DNA from: Vibrio vulnificus CMCP6
GTDB lineage: Bacteria; Pseudomonadota; Gammaproteobacteria; Enterobacterales; Vibrionaceae
Reading direction: 5' to 3'
NCBI RefSeq assembly: GCF_000039765.1
Contig: NC_004459.3
Location: 2,331,127-2,363,126, forward strand
DNA length: 32,000 bases
In this document: in pieces, positions 26,556-32,000 of the stretch
Numbering within the stretch: the stretch's first letter is position 1
How the letters are laid out: each line of letters begins with the position of its first letter
Notes under the pieces: model-generated
Databases searched by the model: none
Told to the model about the DNA's origin: nothing
What the model saw: the letters and a program-made list of their open reading frames with translations, nothing else
Position numbers and translations under genes: made by a program

Positions 26556-27395
26556 ATGAGTCGTTGGTACATGGCTGTTTTTGCAGCTTTGTCTATTGCG
26601 TTATTTCTCGCAGGGTTTGTTTGGTTAGATACCTCACAGGCTCAACCACCATCACAACCCCTCTCAACGGTGGAGCACAAAGCAAAAGTGCTGACCACCA
26701 ACCGTGCATTGGCGAAGGGCTCGTTTATTGAGCGTGAGAGCTTGGTATGGAAAGAGGTGTCGTTGGCTGAACGCGAGAGCTTAGGAGAGGTTTTTCTCCA
26801 ACCTGTATTTGAACTGGATCAGATCGCCGGCAGTGTGGCGGTGCAGTTTATTCCGGCGGACAGCGTACTGTCACCAGAGATGTTGTTAAGGCCAGAGCAG
26901 TCGGATTTTCTCTCGGCTTTAGTTAAACCGGGCATGAGAGCAATTTCGATTGAGTTGGATCCGATGGCTGCGGGGCTTGGCTTACTTCGTCCGGGAAATA
27001 AAGTCGATGTCTTGCTAACAAGCCAGTCGGAAATTGACCAAGACGCCAATGGCACGCCGATATACAACAACATGGCCGTCGAAACGGTATTACAAAACAT
27101 TCATTTGCTTGCGATTGGCAATCAATATTCTCCCCATCAAAAGCCGGAGAAAAGTGCCAAAAGTTACGATCCCACTTCAGTCACGTTCGAAGTGTCTCTG
27201 CAAGATGCGGAAAAGCTCGTGCTGGCGAGCAAGTTAGGTGAGTTGTCGCTCGTCTTGCGAGGTAACAACGATCAAACGGAAGTCGCGAACAAACCGCTGA
27301 AGTGGGCAAAAGATATCTCTGGGGCGTATGACCTCGAACAGCAACCAACCCAATCGGTCACAGTGATCCGCGGCAACGTGAAGGAAGGACAATAA
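26556..27395 (+). CDS. rcpC: Flp pilus assembly protein CpaB/RcpC (SAF-like domain)
   Basis: RALAKGSFIERESLVWKEV, GMRAISIELDPMAAGLGLLRPGNKVDVL; locus position. Confidence 0.87.
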   Translation: MSRWYMAVFAALSIALFLAGFVWLDTSQAQPPSQPLSTVEHKAKVLTTNRALAKGSFIERESLVWKEVSLAERESLGEVFLQPVFELDQIAGSVAVQFIPADSVLSPEMLLRPEQSDFLSALVKPGMRAISIELDPMAAGLGLLRPGNKVDVLLTSQSEIDQDANGTPIYNNMAVETVLQNIHLLAIGNQYSPHQKPEKSAKSYDPTSVTFEVSLQDAEKLVLASKLGELSLVLRGNNDQTEVANKPLKWAKDISGAYDLEQQPTQSVTVIRGNVKEGQ

Positions 27396-27397
27396 TA

Positions 27398-28786
27398 ATG
27401 AAAGTGGCAAAACAGTGGTGGTCTGTTGTGGTGTGTTGCTTGCTGGTGCCTTTGGCGCACGCAGCCAAGCAGATCGATTTGGAGGTGGGGCAAAGCCGCC
27501 TGATTCCGTTATCGAAAGAGATGCGCAGTGTTTACATCGTTGATTCGACGGTCGCGGATGTCAAAACCCCTTCTGCGCGTAGCGCATTGGTGTTTGGTGC
27601 CAAAGTGGGCAAAACCGATTTGGTGATCGTTGGTAAAGAGGGTGAAGCGATCGCTCATTACCGACTGAATGTGAAAAACAGTGGTTTGAGCCAACTCGAA
27701 CGCCATTTAGAAACCCTCTATCCGTCACATCGTATTACATTGCAATCGGTGGGCGATTCGATTGCCGTCGCAGGGACGGTGGCCAGCCCAGAAATGGCGG
27801 CGGATATTTTGAGTTTGGTGAACAATTTCGCCGTAGGGCAGGTTGCCGACAAAGAGCGTTTAAAAGAGATCAATGCCGATGCCAGCCGTAAGTCGGCAAA
27901 CCCACCGGAAGGCCCAGGTGGTCAGTCGGTGCTTCCTTTGGTGATCAACCAGTTGAAAATCACCGCTGCGCCGCAGGTCAACATTTCTATTCGTATGGTG
28001 GAAATGGCAAAAAGCACCAGCGAAGAGTTGGGGATCCGCTGGCAATCAGTCAATCCGAACTGGATGCTGGGCGTTTCTCCCGGAAACCAATTTGCCACGG
28101 GAATTGATCTCACCGACCCAGATAACCTCATCAAAGAATCGGCGTTTATGGGCATTATCGATGCCTTGGCCTCGAAGAGCTTAGTCAATGTGCTGGCAGA
28201 ACCGAATCTTACGGCAAAATCCGGCGAAAAAGCGGAGTTCTTGGTGGGGGGAGAATTTCCTTTCCCGAGCATTGATGGCGAATCTGTCGGCGTTGAATTT
28301 AAGAGTTTCGGTGTCGGTCTTTCGGTTACGCCAACGGTGTTATCTGAAAACCGCATTTCACTCACGGTCACTCCGGTAGTGAGCGCACTCAGCCGTCAAA
28401 ATTCTATCAAAATCAATGGTGTTGATGTTCCTGGGTTAGATAAGCGAACCGCAACTACCACTATTGAACTGGCCGATGGACAGAGTTTTGCCTTGGCAGG
28501 GCTACTGAGAACGTCAGAAGAAAACTCGGTGGATGCCATTCCCTTTTTAGGCGAGTTGCCAGGCGTTGGTGCCCTGTTTCGAACCAATAAGAATCAGCAG
28601 ATAGAGCGCGAATTGGTGATCATCGCCACGGCCAGTCTGGTGCAGCCAACGGGTGATATAGAGTCGATCCCGACACCACTTGACCATTTCCGTGCACCAA
28701 CACGCTTAGAACGTTTGCTGTTTGGTGAACTTGAAGGTCACACAGACACGCCGAAACTCATCGGTGACTACGGCTATCGCTACTAA
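27398..28786 (+). CDS. rcpA: Tad secretin, CpaC/RcpA
   Basis: LEVGQSRLIPLSKEMRSVYIVDSTVADV N-domain; LAEPNLTAKSGEKAEFLVGGEFPFP and VTPTV...SALSR secretin motifs. Confidence 0.92.
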   Translation: MKVAKQWWSVVVCCLLVPLAHAAKQIDLEVGQSRLIPLSKEMRSVYIVDSTVADVKTPSARSALVFGAKVGKTDLVIVGKEGEAIAHYRLNVKNSGLSQLERHLETLYPSHRITLQSVGDSIAVAGTVASPEMAADILSLVNNFAVGQVADKERLKEINADASRKSANPPEGPGGQSVLPLVINQLKITAAPQVNISIRMVEMAKSTSEELGIRWQSVNPNWMLGVSPGNQFATGIDLTDPDNLIKESAFMGIIDALASKSLVNVLAEPNLTAKSGEKAEFLVGGEFPFPSIDGESVGVEFKSFGVGLSVTPTVLSENRISLTVTPVVSALSRQNSIKINGVDVPGLDKRTATTTIELADGQSFALAGLLRTSEENSVDAIPFLGELPGVGALFRTNKNQQIERELVIIATASLVQPTGDIESIPTPLDHFRAPTRLERLLFGELEGHTDTPKLIGDYGYRY

Positions 28787-28802
28787 CAGGATCATAAACA
28801 AA

Positions 28803-29372
28803 ATGATGAACAAACGATCGCATCTTTGGATGCTTGCGACGGCGGTGCTGTTGGCGGCAGGTTGCACGTCAACCTCCGAGTTTACCGAGCAACGCGAAGT
28901 GACGCTGAGCTCAAACAAGGCCATTTTACCAACTCTTGAACAATTGCTTCTCCCAACACAGCACAGATTAGAGCAAGGGGAAGTTTCGGTGCTGATTCGC
29001 ACACAACAACTCTCTCACAACAGCTTGTCGCAGTGGCAACAACAGCTAAGTGACACCCTTTCTTTGCCTGTCGACATTCGTTGGCAGCAAGTGGACCAAG
29101 CACAAGTGGAGCTGAAAATCGGCGTTTCGCTGCAGCCAAATACTTGTCGGTTTGAACCTCAACTGGAGTTAACTGAGGCGCAGTGCCGCCACCAACGCCG
29201 TCTACAAATAGCGATGGCTAATCAACATCATTATCGAAAAGGGGCGCCATTGCTGATTACCGAGAGTAGCTTAGAAGTTGGTGCGGTTGAACGCTTGCGC
29301 CAAGGCAGCGTGAGAATCGCCGATGACCCTGCAAAAATTACCGACGGTTCGGGAGGTGAAGGTGGAAACTAA
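28803..29372 (+). CDS. Tad locus lipoprotein (RcpB/CpaD position)
   Basis: MMNKRSHLWMLATAVLLAAGCTSTSEF lipobox; between rcpA and tadZ. ATG 28803 preferred over track start 28722. Confidence 0.75.
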   Translation: MMNKRSHLWMLATAVLLAAGCTSTSEFTEQREVTLSSNKAILPTLEQLLLPTQHRLEQGEVSVLIRTQQLSHNSLSQWQQQLSDTLSLPVDIRWQQVDQAQVELKIGVSLQPNTCRFEPQLELTEAQCRHQRRLQIAMANQHHYRKGAPLLITESSLEVGAVERLRQGSVRIADDPAKITDGSGGEGGN

Positions 29373-30459
29373 ACGCCAATCTATGATGGTTTTTGCCAAA
29401 AAGGGCTCGCAACTGACGGTGATTGAATCGGCGGTTGATCGCATTCCTCAGCTTGACTGTCAAATTCACGCGCGAAGCATGAGCGCGGCGATCTCCCATT
29501 TGGCTGAGCGTCACTGCGGGGATATCTTGCTGCTGCAAGTTGAGCGAGAGGATTTGGAACAACTGCCTGCCTTGGCGAAGGTCACGCCTCCGGGGTGTCA
29601 GGTCATTCTGTTTGGCGATGAAATATCGCTCTCAGAATACCGTCATCTGATGCAGATGGGCATTGCGGATTACTTGGCTCTGCCACTTGACCCGACCGCG
29701 TTGCACAAAAGTTTATTGCATCTTTTGGGGATCCACGCGCAAAAGGGATTCCAGCAAGGACAGGTTTACCTTGTCAGTGGCACCAGTGGCGGGGTGGGTA
29801 CCTCGACCGTTGCGGCCAATTTAGCGGTGGAGCTGGCTAAGCATCGCTCGGTAGCACTGGTGGACTTCAACCTGAATTTCACCCAACACCCTATTTTACT
29901 TGGGGTTGACTATCAACCATCGCTTGATCGTCTGGTTCATGATGTTGAGCGAGTTGACGCCGTTTTGATTAAGCAATTTGGCCAAAATATCGGACATCAA
30001 TTGAGTCTGTTTTATGCAGAGGGGCAGGAGGAGTTATCGGTGCAGCAGCGAATCAATGTCGTCACGAAACTGAAGCAACAGTTCGCCTATGTGATTTTGG
30101 ATGTGCCTCATTACTTGATTGAAAAAGTAGAGCATTTGTTGGTTTCCGCCGACAACCTTTTGCTAGTGCATGACTTCTCATTGCAGGCGGGTCGCCGAGC
30201 CGATGGCATTTTGTCAAAGCTGGATGGGTATTTGCACCATGTTCACCTCGTTGGTAATCAGAGCCGATCGAAATCGCACAAACCGTGGAGTGAGAAACAG
30301 TTGTTTGAGGCGTGGTCGATCACTCAATTCAGCGAATTGCCATTCGACAGTAAAGCGGTGCAGGCGGCAGAGCACCATGGCGAGCCATTGGTGACCCGAG
30401 GAGGCAAGCTTGCGAAGGCAATTGGCAAACTCAAAACACGCTTGGCGGGGATGGCGTAA
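29323..30459 (+). CDS. tadZ: TadZ/CpaE localisation ATPase-like protein
   Basis: Receiver-like N-terminal half, then GQVYLVSGTSGGVGTSTVAANLAVELAKHRSVALVDFNL (ParA/MinD-like). GTG at 29356 is an alternative start. Confidence 0.85.
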   Translation: MTLQKLPTVREVKVETKRQSMMVFAKKGSQLTVIESAVDRIPQLDCQIHARSMSAAISHLAERHCGDILLLQVEREDLEQLPALAKVTPPGCQVILFGDEISLSEYRHLMQMGIADYLALPLDPTALHKSLLHLLGIHAQKGFQQGQVYLVSGTSGGVGTSTVAANLAVELAKHRSVALVDFNLNFTQHPILLGVDYQPSLDRLVHDVERVDAVLIKQFGQNIGHQLSLFYAEGQEELSVQQRINVVTKLKQQFAYVILDVPHYLIEKVEHLLVSADNLLLVHDFSLQAGRRADGILSKLDGYLHHVHLVGNQSRSKSHKPWSEKQLFEAWSITQFSELPFDSKAVQAAEHHGEPLVTRGGKLAKAIGKLKTRLAGMA

Positions 30460-31751
30460 TGTTCGGCAATAAAACCCAAATGGTTAATGTTTCACGAGGC
30501 AACCCTCTCGTGATGCCGGAGGCGGCGCAAACGGCGTTTGAAAAGCTGATAGAACCTTCCGAAGCGGTCAAATTAACGCGCAAGCAATTACAGCAAGAGA
30601 TCAAAAAAGCGGTCGCACAATTGTCGGCACAGCAGTTGCTGCCATACAACCAGAGTGAACTGGCGATTCTGGTGGAGCAGTTGTGTGATGACATGCTCGG
30701 GGTTGGCCCAATTCAATGCTTGGTGGAAGACCCCAGCGTGAGTGACATTTTGGTTAACGGACCTGAGCAAATTTACATTGAGCGACAAGGCAAGTTGTTG
30801 AAAACAGACATCCGTTTTCGCGATAAAAAACACCTGCTCAATGTTGCGCAGCGAATCGTTAACGCCGTTGGTCGTCGCCTCGATGAATCCACTCCGTTGG
30901 TGGATGCACGTTTGGAAGATGGCAGCCGAGTCAACATTATTGCACCGCCGTTAGCGCTAAACGGCGTGTGCATTTCTATTCGTAAGTTTCCAGAACGGCA
31001 ATACGATCTGCCGGGGCTTGTCGCGTTTGGCAGTTTGAGTGAAGAGATGGCGCAATGCCTCGCACTCGCCGCACGTTGCCGTTTGAACATTCTTGTTTCC
31101 GGCGGAACTGGCGCAGGTAAAACCACCTTGCTCAACGCCATGAGCACGCCAATCAGCGACGATGAACGCATCATCACCATTGAGGATGCCGCAGAGTTGT
31201 CGCTGACCCAGCCACATTGGATTCAGCTCGAAACACGAACCGCCAGTTCAGAAGGAACCGGGGCTGTAACGGTGCGCGATTTGGTCAAGAACGCGCTGCG
31301 GATGCGCCCAGATCGCATCATTCTCGGCGAGGTACGTGGTGCCGAAGCGTTTGACATGTTGCAAGCGATGAACACGGGTCATGATGGTTCACTGTGTACA
31401 TTGCACGCTAACTCGCCAGCGGATGCGATGCTGCGTCTTGAGAATATGTTGATGATGGGGGCAGAACAGATCCCGTCAGCGGTTTTGCGCCAGCAAATCA
31501 GCTCAGCGTTGGATCTAGTGGTGCAGCTTGAGCGCTCTCATGATGGCAAACGTCGTGTGACTGCCATTTCCGCGGTTGGAGGGATCGAGCAAGGTCAGAT
31601 TGTCGTGCACCCGCTGTTTGAGTGTTGCTTAGATGACCAGGGGCAGGGGGTGTATCAGCAAGGAACATTGCCGAGAAATTTACTCGAACGTGCCCGCCAT
31701 TTCGCACTCGACCGCCAATGGCAAGCCTTGTTTTCAAACGAAGAGCGCTAG
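30459..31751 (+). CDS. tadA: Tad secretion ATPase TadA/CpaF
   Basis: [20 protein letters not shown] Walker [35 protein letters not shown]; preceded by [15 protein letters not shown]-type motif ([14 protein letters not shown]). Confidence 0.95.
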   Translation: MFGNKTQMVNVSRGNPLVMPEAAQTAFEKLIEPSEAVKLTRKQLQQEIKKAVAQLSAQQLLPYNQSELAILVEQLCDDMLGVGPIQCLVEDPSVSDILVNGPEQIYIERQGKLLKTDIRFRDKKHLLNVAQRIVNAVGRRLDESTPLVDARLEDGSRVNIIAPPLALNGVCISIRKFPERQYDLPGLVAFGSLSEEMAQCLALAARCRLNILVSGGTGAGKTTLLNAMSTPISDDERIITIEDAAELSLTQPHWIQLETRTASSEGTGAVTVRDLVKNALRMRPDRIILGEVRGAEAFDMLQAMNTGHDGSLCTLHANSPADAMLRLENMLMMGAEQIPSAVLRQQISSALDLVVQLERSHDGKRRVTAISAVGGIEQGQIVVHPLFECCLDDQGQGVYQQGTLPRNLLERARHFALDRQWQALFSNEER

Positions 31752-31760
31752 GAGAGAGCC

Positions 31761-32000
31761 ATGCTAGGGCTAATGTTTTTGTTCGTCTGGCTCGCGTTGG
31801 GTGCGTGGTTGATACGCGCTCGACGTGAGAATACGAAACGAGAAAAGCAGCGTCACCGCTACCTTAAACCCTTAGTATCGGTGGAAAAAAAGCGTCCGCA
31901 ATGGCTCGCTTTTTACACGCGCTTGGAAACCTTATTGGGTACGTCCCGCTTGCAAAAGTACCGTTTGTACTTGGTCATGCTCACTGTAGGGCTGTTTATC
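31761..32000 (+). CDS. tadB: TadB-like inner membrane platform protein, truncated by window edge
   Basis: MLGLMFLFVWLALGAWLIRARRENTKREKQRHRYLKPLVSVEKK...YLVMLTVGLFI; position after tadA. Confidence 0.7.
   Translation, partial: MLGLMFLFVWLALGAWLIRARRENTKREKQRHRYLKPLVSVEKKRPQWLAFYTRLETLLGTSRLQKYRLYLVMLTVGLFI

Noticed and set aside
27922-28371. 149-aa minus-strand ORF
   Set aside because: Antisense to the rcpA secretin gene, which has strong motif support.

Overview
The window looks like a chromosomal segment from a Vibrio-type gammaproteobacterium (inferred from gene content and sequence character; no species call is made). No rRNA, tRNA, CRISPR array, transposase, integrase or phage genes could be supported. 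From left to right: (1) the end of an exopolysaccharide/capsule-type operon (Wzy/ligase-like membrane protein, one GT2 and two GT4 glycosyltransferases, a small membrane protein, a secreted DUF4832-like protein); (2) an orphan type IV prepilin-like gene; (3) a two-gene unit of a NMT1/SsuA-like substrate-binding protein and a HAMP-GGDEF protein; (4) a GNAT acetyltransferase convergent with a cysteine-free Tag-family DNA glycosylase; (5) a 57-aa lipoprotein absent from the supplied ORF track; (6) a tightly packed minus-strand operon of a DUF2760-like membrane protein and two divergent Hsp70-family proteins, the longer with a large C-terminal extension; (7) a CHASE-like/GGDEF protein, a DEDD-type exonuclease, a TerB-like protein and a MipA/OmpV-like porin; (8) a two-gene operon of Lcl/DUF1566-like proteins, one a large EF-hand/FnIII-like lipoprotein; (9) a divergent Flp/Tad pilus locus running off the right edge. 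The best candidates for under-described biology are the DUF2760-Hsp70-Hsp70 module (with a possible sigma32-like promoter), the substrate-binding protein/diguanylate cyclase pair, the Lcl lipoprotein operon beside tad, and a Fur-like/palindromic operator upstream of flp. Family names come from reading motifs, not from database searches.
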